A stretch of 64,000 nt of DNA from Mustelus asterias. Its lineage: Eukaryota. Positions 28,755-41,920 of this stretch are shown here, piece by piece. Under the pieces are notes generated by a model that was not told the DNA's origin, did not search any database, and was given only the letters and a program-made list of their open reading frames with translations. The stretch's first letter is position 1; each line of letters begins with the position of its first letter. The position numbers were made by a program, and so were the translations under genes. The stretch is from the NCBI RefSeq assembly GCF_964213995.1, contig NW_027590142.1, forward strand, positions 310,001-374,000. Reading direction: 5' to 3'.

Positions 28755-29610
28755 CGTCATAAAAGCAGCCGCTCCTGCGCCCTGCTGCCCCCAACAAACA
28801 TGGCGATCGCGCTGCTGCACATTGCCCCTTCCAAACCACACAACCCTGCCATAGCAACCTCTGCAAGACGTGCCGGATCATCGACACAGATGCCATCATC
28901 TCACGTGAGAACACCATCCACCAGGTACACGGTACATACTCTTGCAACTCGGCCAACGTTGTCTACCTGGTACGCTGCAAGAAAGGATGTCCCGAGGCAT
29001 GGTACATTGGGGAAACTATGCAGACGCTGCGACAACGGATGAATGAACACCGCTCGACAATCACCAGGCAAGACTGTTCTCTTCCTGTTGGGGAGCACTT
29101 CAGCGGTCACGGGCATTCGGCCTCTGATATTCGGGTAAGCGTTCTCCAAGGCGGCCTTCGTGACACACGACAGCGCAGAGTCGCTGAGCAGAAACTGATA
29201 GCCAAGTTCCGCACACACAAGGACGGCCTCAACCGGGATATTGGGTTTATGTCACACTATTTGTAACTCCCACAGTTGCGTGGACCTGCAGAGTTTCACT
29301 GGCTGTCTTGTCTGGAGACAATACACATCTTTTTAGCCTGTCTTGATGCTCTCTCCACTCCCATCGTTTTGTTTCTTAAAGACTGGATTAGTTGTAAGTA
29401 TTCGCATTCCAACCATTATTCATGTAAATTGAGTCTGTGTCTTTATAAGTTCTGTTTGTGAACAGAATTCCCACTCACCTGAAGAAGGGGCTTAGAGCCT
29501 CGAAAGCTTGTGTGGCTTTTGCTACCAAATAAACCTGTTGGACTTTAACCTGGTGTTGTTAAACTTCTTACTGTGTTTACCCCAGTCCAACGCCGGCATC
29601 TCCACATCAT
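28755..29610 (+). mobile_element. Penelope-like retroelement: GIY-YIG endonuclease C-terminus plus terminal repeat
   Basis: NVVYLVRCKKGCPEAWYIGETMQTLRQRMNEHR...GLNRD; CTGAAGA...CGAAA motif at 29479-29505. Confidence 0.9.
29471..29515 (+). ncRNA. Minimal type I hammerhead ribozyme motif (Penelope-associated)
   Basis: CAC-CTGAAGA-A-GGGGC/GCCTC stem II-GAAAGCTT-GTG; stems covary with the copies at 27661-27702(-) and 44564-44598(-). Confidence 0.65.
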
Positions 29611-29619
29611 GCCTTCCAA

Positions 29620-30090
29620 AGATGCCAGCCGCACATGCGCACTGATAGACATTGCCACCGACAGATTGGCGGCCGTCAGCCCAGGCCCAACGCGACAAGT
29701 TGCGCCTCCAATTTGGTACCAACAGGGCGCCCGGGAAGATATTTTCCGGGGTTTGAGTTTGAACAACATGTTTACGAAACCTCTCCACCCACCCGCCACA
29801 TTCACCTCTCTCCGCGCGCCGCTCTCTACCTTGACGTGATCTCGGCTCCGAGTTAAAACCATCCGTCCGCCGCCATTACTCACACTGCGCATGCGTCAGA
29901 CCCCTCCCCTATTCACTCTGGTTGGAAGACCAGCCGCTCCCGCTCGGTCCTCCAGCCCCGCCCCCTTTTCCTATTGGTCCGGAGCTGCCGTCAATCAGTC
30001 CCTGGGCATTGTGACGTTGAGCATGCGCAGTGCGGCTCATGTCCAGGGACAGGCGCTTGTTTGTCTGATCTTCAGGCGGGAAGGAGGCGG
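29620..30090. promoter_or_regulatory. CpG-island-like, probably bidirectional promoter between ZNF-6 (-) and ZNF-7 (+)
   Basis: NRF1 TGCGCATGCG (29886-29895), GC box (29956-29964), inverted CCAAT (~29973), TGACGT sites; 29971-30038 aligns with 10830-10900. Confidence 0.72.
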
Positions 30091-30479
30091 ATAAGCGGAG
30101 GCAGCGTTAGGGGCAGTGGGTGGGAGGGGAGGCTCCACACACCCAGTGGAGGCTTCAACACCCCCAATAAGGAACTAGCGGCACCGCCTCAACACCCAAC
30201 ACAACGGCAGCTGCAGCGCTTTCTCCCGGGGCCTGGCCCCACTGGACAAATGTGGCTTCAGGAAGGAAATGCAGCAATGGGTTTGATTTGATTTATTATT
30301 GTCACATGTATTGGGATACAGTGAAAAGTATTGTTTCTTGCGCGGTATACAGACAAATCATACTGTTCATAGAGTACATAGGGGAGTAGGAAAGGAGAGA
30401 GTGCAGAATATAGTGTTACAGTTATAGAAAGGGTGAAGAGAAAAATCAGCTTAATATGAGGTAGGTCCATTCAAAAGGA

Positions 30480-30975
30480 GGAGGCTTTGGAGAGGGTACA
30501 GAATAGATGTACCAGGATGTTGCCTGGTATGGAGGGCATTAGTTATGAGGAGAGGTTGGAGAAACTTGGTTTGTTCTCACTGGAACGACGGAGGTTGAGG
30601 GGAGACCTGACAGAAGTTTACAAGATTATGAGGGGCATGGACAGAGTGGATAGTCAGAAGCTTTTTTCCAGGATGGAAGAATCAATTACTGGGGAGGGCA
30701 CAGGTTTAAGGTGTGAGGGGCAAGGTTTAAAGGAGAGGCAAGTTTTTTACACAGAGGGCGGTGGGTGCCTGGAACTTGCTGCCGGGGGAGATAGTGGAAG
30801 CAGATACGATAGTGACTTTTAAGGGGCATCTTGACAAATACATGAATTGGATGGGAATGGAGGGATATGATCCCCGGAAGGGTAGGGGGTTTTAGTTCAG
30901 TCGGGCAGCATGGTCGCTGCAGGCTTGAAAGGTCGAAGGGCCTGTTTCTGTGCTGTAGTTTTCTTTGTTCTTTGT
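30480..30975 (+). mobile_element. CR1-clade LINE 3' end
   Basis: ERVQNRCTRMLPGMEGISYEERLEKLGLFSLERRRLRGDL; same subfamily as 26520-27100. Confidence 0.88.
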
Positions 30976-32384
30976 TTGTCAAAGTCCGATGGCAGCAGCA
31001 GGGAAGAAGCTGTTCTTGAGTCGGTTGGTTTGTGACCTCAGACTTTTGTCTCTTTTTCCCGATGGAAGAAGATAGAAAAGAGAATATCCAGGATACGTGG
31101 GGTCCTTGATTATGCTGGCTGCTTTTCTGAGGCAATAGGAAATGTAGACAGTGCCAATGGATAAGAGGCTGATTTGCGTGATGGACTGGGCCACATTCAC
31201 ACCCCTTGTAGTTTTTTGCACTCTTGGTCAGAGCAGCAGCAACACCAAATTGTGATACAATTGGATGGGATGCTTTCTGTGGTGTCCCTGTAAAGATTGG
31301 TGAGAGTTGGAGCTGACATGTCGACATGTCGAATTTCCTTCGCCTCTTGAGAAAGTAGAGGCGTTGGTGGGCTTTCTTAACTAAAGCAGCAGTTTCGAGG
31401 GACCAGGACAGGTTGTTGTGATCTGAACACCTAGAAACTTGAAGCTCTCAACCATTTCCACTTCATCACTGTTGATGTAGACAGGGCATGTCTTCCACTA
31501 CATTGCCTGAAATTTTGTATATATTCCAGTGATAGTTGGAAGAAGTCCATGCTGACTCTCTGTACATCAATCCACTCAGTCCCATTTCCTCTCCATAACT
31601 CTGTTCCTTTTTTAATTCCTTCACACCTGTCTGATTCATTTTTCAAATCATTGATTATTTCTGATTCCACCATGCACAGAAGCAGTGAGATCAGGTCGTG
31701 ACCACTCGTGAATAAAATTGTTCCTCACATCTCCTTTCTGTTGCTGATCAAATAATATATTTAGTATTGTGGACATTGGCTAGCAGCCTGCATGAAGATT
31801 TTCAGGTCTCTTTGTACTGGACAGGAGCATGGGTCTGTCAATCAGCCTGAATCAGCACCTTCAGGAGAATTGGGAGGGTGTGTATTAGGTACAGCAGTAT
31901 GACAATGGGGGGAGAGTGTGTGGGATGGAGATTTACAACTTTAGGGAATGAGAAAGCAAAAATATTCCATGGAAACTAGAATTGTCTGTTTTGAATTTCA
32001 GTCCGATACTTACACTGATAACTTCTATAAACAGGATATTAGAAGGAGAGAATTTACAGACTGAAATCTCACACCAAACGTCACAACAAGATGTTACAAA
32101 GTCACTGGATTCATCAGGACCTGAATATAATTGCCGTTTGAATGTATGAGAAGAAATGTTTGTTTATTCTGTCTGTGGGAAAAGATTTCAAACATCAGTG
32201 TGATTGGACAAGAATGGAGACCCCACACACCTGAGTGAGAGTGTTCCAGTGAACTGACTGTGGAAAGAGCTTTAACCAGTAACACAGCCTGAAAAACATC
32301 ACCCCATTCACAGCGAGGAGAAACTGTACATGTGTTCTGTACTTGGATGTGGAATCGGCTGATTATCAAAAGGACACTGGCACC

Positions 32385-33227
32385 ATGGAGAAACCATGGA
32401 AGTGTGGGGACTGTGGGAAGGGATTCCAGTGCCCATCTGCACTGGACACACATCGACGAGTTCATTCTGGGGAGAGGCCGTTCACCTGCTCTGTGTGTGG
32501 GAAGGGATTCAGTATATCAACCACCCTGCTGAGACACCAGCGAGTTCACTCTGGGGAGAGGCCGTTCACCTGCTCCGTGTGTGGGAAAGGATTCACTCAG
32601 TTATCCAGCCTGCTGACACATCAGCGAGTTCACACCGGGGAGAGACCTTTCACCTGCTCAGACTGTGGGAAAGGATTCAGTGATCGTTCCACCCTGTGGA
32701 GGCACCAGCGAGTTCACTCTGGAGAGAGGCCATTCCCTTGCTGTGTGTGTGGGAAGAGATTCAGTCATTCATCCACCCTGCAGACACACCGTGTCACTCA
32801 CACGAATGAGAGACCGTTTAAATGCTCAGACTGTGGGCGTAGCTTCAAAAGCTCTCAGACTCTGATGGGCCACCAGCGCATTCACACTGAGGACAGACCG
32901 TTCAGCTGCTCTTACTGCGTGAAGAGATTTAGAACATCATCCCAACTGCTAACACACCAGTGAGTTCACACTGGGGAGACACCCTTCACCTGCTCTGTGT
33001 GCGGGAAGGGTTTCAGTCATTCATCCACCCTGTTGGCACACCAGCGAGTTCATACTGGGGAGAGGCCATTCACTTGCTCTGACTGTGGGAAGGGATTCAC
33101 TCAGATCTCCAATCTGCTCACACACCAGCGAGTTCACACTGGGGAGAGGTCGTTCAGCTGCTCCGAGTGTGGGAATAGATTTAAACGGTCGTCCCACTTG
33201 CTGAGACACCAGCGAATTCACAAGTGA
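32385..33227 (+). pseudogene. C2H2 zinc-finger gene (ZNF-7), 10 fingers, premature stop in finger 7
   Basis: MEKPW ATG at 32385; CAC CAG TGA GTT CAC at 32961-32963 (CGA->TGA at a CpG); the same frame continues to HK* at 33227. A truncated 6-finger protein is possible. Confidence 0.85.
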
Positions 33228-34541
33228 TGACAGGAGTTGGATTCTGTTGTTATTGCTGCTGTTAATCACACCCAGGACTAAACCTTGTTCATTCTGACAG
33301 TTGCTGAAGTGAGAGGGTCGGAGGGTTTCTTTCTGCTGGACTGACCGACCTCACGGCTTTGCTGCCAGTGGGTCGATGCTCTTTGAATTTGGGAGTGCAC
33401 GTTTTACTGAGATGATCCACAAACACGAGGTAGATCTAAAATAAATACAATTGTCTCTGTTCCATTGAGTCTACAGCACAGGGCCAGGCCAGTCGGCTCA
33501 ATTGGTCTGTGTCAGTATTTATGCTCCACATGAGCCTCCACCCACCCCTCTTCATCTCCCCCCATCAGCATATCCTTCTATTCCTTTCTCCCTCATGTAT
33601 GTATCTATCTTCCTCTTCAATGTATTCATGCTGTTCACCTCAACCACTCACTGGTAGCAAGTTCCACATTCGCGTCACCTTCCTCATCTCTGGAACCATT
33701 GTGGTAAATCTCCTCTCGACGCTCTCAAGGACCCTCACATCCTTCCTAAAGTGTGGTGACCAGAACTGGGCTCAGTATTCTGTTGTGGCCTCACCAGAGC
33801 TTTAGAAACTATCAGAATAACTTCCCTGCTTTTGTTCTCAATTCCCCGATTTCTGAAACCCAAGATCCAAAATGCTCCAAACAAGAATATCAGACCTTTT
33901 TGCTTAACATAAAAAGCATTTTAACAACATTCTTAAAATGGCTAAATAAGATTTTGTCCAATGAAGGAAGGAGTTGTTGGCACAAAAAGAAGCCATTTTG
34001 AACTTGCTCTCTCCAAAAGAGAATCCAGAATGTTTGAGTCTGGGAAGTGGAGTTAAAAATGAAGCTGCAGCTACAACAGAGCAAGAAGAAGACATTTCAA
34101 TGTGGAATTGACTGGAATATTCTCTCTGGATTTAAACAATGGAGGAGCTACAAATATGGAAGAAAGTGAAGTTCAAAATGTGAACTCTGAACAGACTGTT
34201 TTCAGAATTGGAAATCCACAACTGAACAGCAATGAGGACTGTCCTCTTGCAGAAGAAACTATAATTATTAAAAAGTACGATAATTATTGAAAGAAGAAAA
34301 CTTTCAGAAAACACTCCAAGCAGTAATTTCCATCTTCAGTGGACTGAGATTCCTGGACATGGAACCCAGCAGTGTGCTGTTACCAAGCTGGACTTGTGAA
34401 TGTGAAGTGGACAATGGAGGGATTATTACGTCTATTGCAGGTTATAAGATAGTTAAACACAGGAAAACATTGGACTTAGGAACAGGAGTTGGCCATTTGG
34501 CCCTTCGAGCCTGCTCCACAATTCGATTAGATCATGGCTGT

Positions 34542-35956
34542 TGTTAAGATATACAGCATGTTGTATATTGTAATATTCTAAATGGGATATTATAGAGTGA
34601 TACATTTCCATTTCTTCCAGGGAATATGTTGTGAAGATCTAGTTTAATAAGTCATGTGTTTCAGAAATATTAATTTTGGATTTTTATAAAAAATGTAACA
34701 ACTGGAAAACCTGGGTTGAGAATCTGATAAAAACACCCGAAGGGAATTTGCAGTCACAAGGTGTGGCCCATGTTGGTTTGAGAAGTCAAAGCGAGAAGGA
34801 TAACACGGCAGCTGGGCTCTTTTAGCTGGAGACATTGGGTCTGACAATTTTTTTCCTGTCTTTGTTAGAGAGGGGAATTTTTCACGCAGACCTCAAGAAA
34901 AAAGGTTTGGTTCTGAAACTAAAAGTTAATTAATTTAAACATCTTTTGGACATTCCTACTGGTCTGTTACCGTAAGGATAAGTGATTCAGGGTGGTCTTG
35001 GTTGGAATTCTGGGTGTTTTTCACAGAAAGCAGGCAATCTGCAGTTAGCTTGGGAGCTGTGGGACCGGGAGCTGTGAACCAGCTGTGGGAGCGGGGGCTG
35101 TGAACCAGCTGTGGGACCGGGAGCTCTGAACCAGCTGTGGGACCGGGAGCTGTGAACCAGCTGTGGGACCGGGAGCTGTGAACCAGCTGTGGGAGCGGGA
35201 GCTGTTAACCAGCTGTGGGACCGGGAGCTGTGAACCAGCTGTGGGACCGGGAGCTGTGAACCAGCTGTGGGACCGGGAGCTGTGAACCAGCTGTGGGACC
35301 GGGAGCTGTGAACCAGCTGTGGGACTGGGAGCTGTGAACCAGCTGCGGGAGCTGTGAACCAGCTGTGGGAACAGGAGCCGAGGAGGTCATTAGGAACCAT
35401 GGGTGTTTCCAATGTTTAAATCCCTCAGCAAGAAGGCAGTGAAGCCCATGCTTGGATTGAGGAGTCCATGTTTTGAGTCAATTTTGAAATCTCAAAGGAA
35501 AGTTGGAGAGTTGTTTTGCCGAAAGCTAATAGAAGGATCCTCATGAAATCTTGGAGCCTGGAGAATAGCTGGAATACTGAGGAGAATTAAAGTGAATGCT
35601 GGGAGCTTTGACATACCTTTGGGATTGTCCCAGGAACAGAAGTGAATGTACATTCAAGATATTAAGTATAAGGGCATTCTTGTCCAGGAGTAAGGGTTTA
35701 AAAAGTACAAAAAACTGAAAAATGCTGCAAAATCTCAGCAGGTCTGGCAGCATCTGTAGAGAGTGAAAACAGAGTTCATGTTTTGAGTCAGAACTGAGTT
35801 TACAGAATAAATCTTTACAAAATATAATTCATCGAGCTGGTTTTTAATATTCCTTTTATATTCAGTAAAGTTTGATTTTGTTTAAAAACCTGGAATCTTG
35901 TGATGGGTGTTTGGATTTCTCACTGAACGTTAATGTTCTCGACCCGAATTATAACA
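34542..35956. mobile_element. Possible solo LTR
   Basis: TGTTA...TAACA inverted termini; interrupts a CR1 tail; no TSD found. Confidence 0.4.
35052..35372. repeat. 26-bp minisatellite, ~12 copies
   Basis: Unit GAACCAGCTGTGGGACCGGGAGCTGT, highly homogeneous. Confidence 0.95.
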
Positions 35957-35959
35957 CAC

Positions 35960-36916
35960 ACAATATGGTCTTTATTTGTACAAAGTATTACATTATAAGA
36001 CACCCCTCATCGAGGATCTACAATAATTTCTTAGCTTGAGCACCAGTGAAACAATCAGATAATAAATGAATAAAAATTGTACTAATTGTCATCCCTTCTA
36101 AATCAGGAGGACTATCCCCAGCACAGAGGGTCATTTGGAATTTTTCCCACAGACCAATTAACAGGGATTATACTCTCAAACCATCTGAAGTGAACTCTTT
36201 ACATGAATTGTCCAGGCCAGTGCAGTTACCAACTTGCAGTTTGGCTGATCAGCTAAGATTTTCTGCAGCATTTCAGCGATCACCGAGTGATTCCTTTCAC
36301 AGAGTCCATCACTGAAACGAATTTCAGCTGCCGTGTTCCTGACCAGAATGTTCATGTTTTCACACACGTCTCAAAACTCATCATTCAGAAACTGAGCTGG
36401 TGCCACAGCTCCAGCCCCAAGGGCCAAGGGAAGGTTCACTGTTGGGATATGATGGCATCCTCCAATAATTTTTATACATTGTACACTTTGCACTGGTCTC
36501 TTGTATGAGTCTCGTATACTCTTCATCAACTGCTCCTGCATCTTGAAGCAGGACTTTTAATCTTTGGCAAGGAGTGTGAACAAATTGTCTGTGTAGTTTT
36601 AATATAATTTGCATCTTTCCCCTTCTGATTTTTATCAAAGCTTTCATTATTCCTTCTCAAACATTCAGATTGGAAACGTCAGGTATTTTTAAGCATTCTC
36701 TGTTACCACGTTATAATCCTGACCGCCTTATGGTGGAGGAGGAAACTGGTTCCAATCTTTACTTGGTATAGATTTATTCACAGAGTGAAACATTACAGGT
36801 ATATAACTCCTAATAACATTCCATGCTCTGTCAGTAAGTGTCTCTATGTGCTCATGTAAACATCCAATCAATGTCCACTGCTTGTATATATTTAACCCCA
36901 AATTATACAATTAACA
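35960..36916 (-). mobile_element. Internally deleted Ty1/copia-like (GalEa-like) LTR retrotransposon relic
   Basis: Integrase motifs KLHRQFVH and TAAEIRFSDGLCERNHSVIAEML; ~208-bp LTR 36709-36916 starting TGT; PBS-like TGGTAACAGAGAATGC (36693-36708) resembling the tRNA-iMet complement. Confidence 0.65.
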
Positions 36917-37084
36917 CCCACAGTCAGAGTATTTAAAAGGTCTCTAATCGGTGTGACTGCCATAATGTCTCAGCAGGTTGGATGACTCAGTGAATCCTTT
37001 CCTACACTCCGAGCAGGTGAACAGCCTCTCTCCTCCATGTGAACTTGCTTGTGTTTCCGCAGGCTGGAAGGATCAGCAAATCCC
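36917..37084 (-). pseudogene. Inverted, degenerate zinc-finger fragment
   Basis: Reverse complement reads [15 protein letters not shown] / [33 protein letters not shown]. Confidence 0.8.
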
Positions 37085-38161
<1,077 letters not shown>

Positions 38162-38434
38162 ATTACTGGGGTTGGATTCTGCTGTTATTGCTGCTGTTGA
38201 TCACATCCAGAACTGAACCATGTTCATTTTGACAGTTGGTGAAGTGGGAGGGTCGGAGGGTTTCTTTCTGCTGGACTGGCTGGTCTCACACCTTTGCTTC
38301 CAGTGGGCTGATGCTCTTTGAGCCTGGGAGAGCACATTTCCACTGAAATGATCCACAAAAGCTGATGAAGGACATTTATTTTATCCTGGATAGTAAAGAG
38401 TGCTTTTCCTATGACTAAGGTAGATTTAAAATAA

Positions 38435-39155
38435 ATACAGAAAGAACTGAAAAAACGCAGCAGGTCTGGCAGCATCTGTGGAGAGAGAAACAGAGATAAT
38501 GTTTCACGTCCAATGTAACTCTACTTCAGAACGAAAGAGAGGGAGAAATGTGATGGGTTTGATGCTGCTGAGAAAGGGGGGAGGGGCAGGTAGAACAAAA
38601 GGGAAAGTCAGGGATTGGTTAGAGGGCGGGTGAGATTAAATGACAAAAATGTCCTGGAACAAAAGGCAAATGGAGAGGTAATTGTTGTAATAAAGAAACA
38701 ATCAGAGTTTTAACAACAGCAGGTTAAAGTCCAACAGGAACCTGGTGTTGTTAAAACTCTTATGGTGTTTACCCCAGTCCAATGCCGGCATCTCCACATC
38801 GTAAAGAAACAAAGCATTGGCCCAGAGTAAGTGTTAATGGCAGAATAAAGGACAGCTCTGTCTGGAAGCAAAAAAACATGAAAACAAGATGCAGACTGAC
38901 ACTCAGCAAATAAAAAACAAATCAAAATGTAGGAGAGAGTTCAGGGTGTGAAGTTGTTGAACTCAATGTTGAATCCAGAAGGCTGTAAAGTGCCTCATCG
39001 GAAGATGAGGGGCTGTTCGTCCAGCTTGAGTTGGGCTTCTCCGGAACATTGCAGCAGGCCGAGGACAGAAATGTGAGCGTGAGAGCAAGGTGGTGAATTC
39101 TAATGGCAAGCGGAAGGTCAGGGTCATGCTTGTGGGCTGAGCGGAGGTGTTCCAC
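38435..39155 (-). mobile_element. Old Penelope-like fragment with a nested short pLTR piece at ~38720-38800
   Basis: EHLRSAHKHDPDLPLA GIY-YIG-like remnant and CTGCCAGACCTGCTG-type terminus. Confidence 0.6.
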
Positions 39156-40241
39156 AAAGAGGGCAGGGAACAGGCTACAGATGAATTAAAGAGAAACCAT
39201 ATTTGTGTCCAGAACATTGTGAACATCCTTTTACTCTGGTTGTCTTTGATCCTCAAGTCATTTTCTGTTTGTTTTAACCATGTTCTGTTTCATTAATAAA
39301 CTTTTATCAGTAAATGTTCCTCCAGTTTGCATTGGAGTGCCTCCTGTTACCATTGTTTATTGCCCCTTCCGTCACGTTACAGATGATCAAGAGTAGACTG
39401 GTAGTTATTGGCGGTGTTGGATTTGATCTGAGTTTTGGAAAGCGGGCAATCTTGGGCATATTGTACCATTGGCGGTTAGATGCCAGTGTTCTAGCTGAGG
39501 AACAGCTTTGCTAAGGTTGCGGCAAGTGCTGAAGCACAATTCTTCAGCACCATTGCCAGAATCTTTTTCACGGCTGTAGTATTTGCTCTTTCCAATGCTC
39601 CAAGTTTGTTTTTTTCTTGAAATCATAAGGAATGGTGAAGTGTATCTGTTCCGTTCAATGTCTACCCCACTCTGTCTCTATATTTACCTCTTTCTCTCTG
39701 GCCATCCGCCTTGGACTTTCCCTCTTTCAGACTAACTCTCCATTTCCCCTCTTTTGTTTTTGTTCCTTCTCTTCTCTCCCTGTCTGAGTGGAATCAAGTT
39801 TCATTGATTTGATTCCTGAAATGAGGTGGTGGTTGAGCTGGGGATCCGTCTTGATTTTAAATGGCAGAAGAGACTCAAAGGGACATGTGACCGAATTCAA
39901 CTCCATTGATTTTGTTCACTGCCAAAACCAGCTCTGACAGCAATGACTTCTGCTGCTGCCGTTGATGGGAAGTCTAAGACACAAATTTAGGATCGTGATG
40001 TTTATGGCGGAGTGGGATCAAATCCCCCACTGTCACATTTTCACTTAAATTACTATAAACGTTCTGAACACCTTTGGTCAAAGCATGTGATTACTTGAAT
40101 TGAATGCAGTAGAATGTATCATCATTCATTTTGACTCGAAAAACCAGCAGAGACAATGCAAAGCGAGTAACTGACAGCCTTGAAACGAGTTTAGTTGTTC
40201 CGCCAGTTAGCCGGATCTGTTTCACGTGCATGCATCGCCGT

Positions 40242-40295
40242 GTTTCTGTAGTGTAGTGGTTGTCACGTTGGCCTCAGGCGTGGAAGGTCCCCGGT
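40242..40295 (+). pseudogene. Truncated tRNA-Val-like pseudogene
   Basis: GTTTCTGTAGTGTAGTGGTTGTCACGTTGGCCTCAGGCGTGGAAGGTCCCCGGT closely follows the vertebrate tRNA-Val 5' two-thirds; no T-loop or 3' acceptor strand. Confidence 0.8.
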
Positions 40296-40921
40296 CACAT
40301 TTGAACATTTCCATAATGGTTCTGATTTCAGTTATTCTCGTTTCGCATGAAACATTAATTGAGCTGATGAGTTTTTCCGGCATTTAGGACGGGAATCACA
40401 CAGTGACAGGATTCCCTGTGATAGCGAGCAAGACAGGATGGATTAACTGACACAAGGATTGATGGACAAGGACAACGTTGATTGGTTCTCATTAATTTTA
40501 AACGTTGCTGCATCACCTCTCAAACTGAGACTGTCTCCATCCCGCTTTGCTAATCTCACAGTTACTGTTTTCTGAATGAAAACTGCTTACAATCAGTCGA
40601 AGTCAAATAGTTTAGTGTTTCATTCAGTGAGAAGTTTTCTTGTCATTTCGCCCGAGATTTTCATCCACAAATGAGTGATTTTTCTGTCAGTGCACACGGT
40701 TAAATCTGACCCATTACCCAGACTTTACCCTGTATCACCACCTCCATCGTCAGTGCTTCGCATCCGAACACCCCCTTTTCACTATCTGTGTTTGTTCTCA
40801 GCCTGTTGCCCATGTGACTTTTCCAACTCGGAAGCAAAATCTCACTCGACTGATGCTGACAGAGTTGCTTTCGATCAGGAAGTAATTCAAGTTTGTTTAT
40901 CAAAAACATTAAATCTTAATA

Positions 40922-40980
40922 TATCGAAGCCAGTCTGCGACCCTGAAAGCGCTGAACCCTAACCACTAGACTAGCAGGAT
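40922..40980 (-). pseudogene. Degenerate tRNA-Glu(TTC)-like pseudogene
   Basis: Reverse complement ATCCTGCTAGTCTAGTGGTTAGGGTTCAGCGCTTTCAGGGTCGCAGACTGGCTTCGATA resembles vertebrate tRNA-Glu; 3' acceptor strand missing. Confidence 0.7.
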
Positions 40981-40989
40981 GGTAGGGCG

Positions 40990-41920
40990 TTGAGGAAAGT
41001 TACAGAACAAAGAGATCAACGGGTACATGTTCATAGCTCATTGAAAGTGGAGTCACATGCGGACAGAGCAGTGAAGAAGGCATTCGACATGCTTGGTTTC
41101 ATTCGTCAGAAAATTGAATACAGGAGTTGGGACGTCTTGTTGAAGTTGAACAAAATATTGGTAAGGCCACACTTGGAATACTTTGTGCAGTTCTGGTCAC
41201 CCTATTATAGGAAGGGTATTATTAATCTTGAAAGAGTGCAGAAAAGATTTACCGGGACTTGATGGTTTAAATTATAATGAGTGGTTGGATAGATTGGGGC
41301 TTTTCATTTCTGGAGCGTAGGAGGCTGAGTGGTGATCTTACAGAGGTCTATGAAATAATAAGGCGCATAGATCAGCTTGATAGTAAATATATTTTCCCAA
41401 AGGTAGGGGATCCTGAAACGAGAAGGCATAAGTTTAAGGTGAGAGGGGAGAGATATAAAGGGGTCCAGAGGGGTAATTCTTTCACACAGAGGGTGGTGAG
41501 TGTCTGGAACAAGCTGCCAGACAGTCTTTTAAGAGGCGCATAGAGAGTTGCATGGCTATCGAGGGTAATGGGCCAAACGCGGGCAATTAGGACGAGCTTT
41601 GTCGTTAAAAAGGGCGGCATGGACATGTTGGGCCGAAGGGCCTGTTTGCATGCTTATACCTCTGTGACTCTCTGACTCTATCTCACCTTCCTGATTCTCC
41701 CAGATACTGAATACAGATGAGTCAGCCTCCGATTTAAATGGATGAAGGAGAGCTGTAATTTTCTATGGTTCTATCATGGATGAGAGGGGTGTGGAGGGAT
41801 ATGGTCCAAGTGCAGGTCAGTGGGACTAGGCATAAAATGGTTCGGCACAGACAAGAAGGGCCAAAAGGCCTGTTTCTGAGCTGTAACTTTCTATGATTCT
41901 ATGGTTCTATGTTTCTATAT
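40990..41920 (+). mobile_element. CR1-clade LINE 3' fragments
   Basis: [40 protein letters not shown] tails. Confidence 0.85.

Noticed and set aside
35052-35372. CRISPR-like array
   Set aside because: Head-to-tail units without unique spacers, in a vertebrate genome; it is a minisatellite.
40242-40980. Functional tRNA genes
   Set aside because: Both lack the 3' acceptor strand and have broken anticodon or T arms; reported as pseudogenes.
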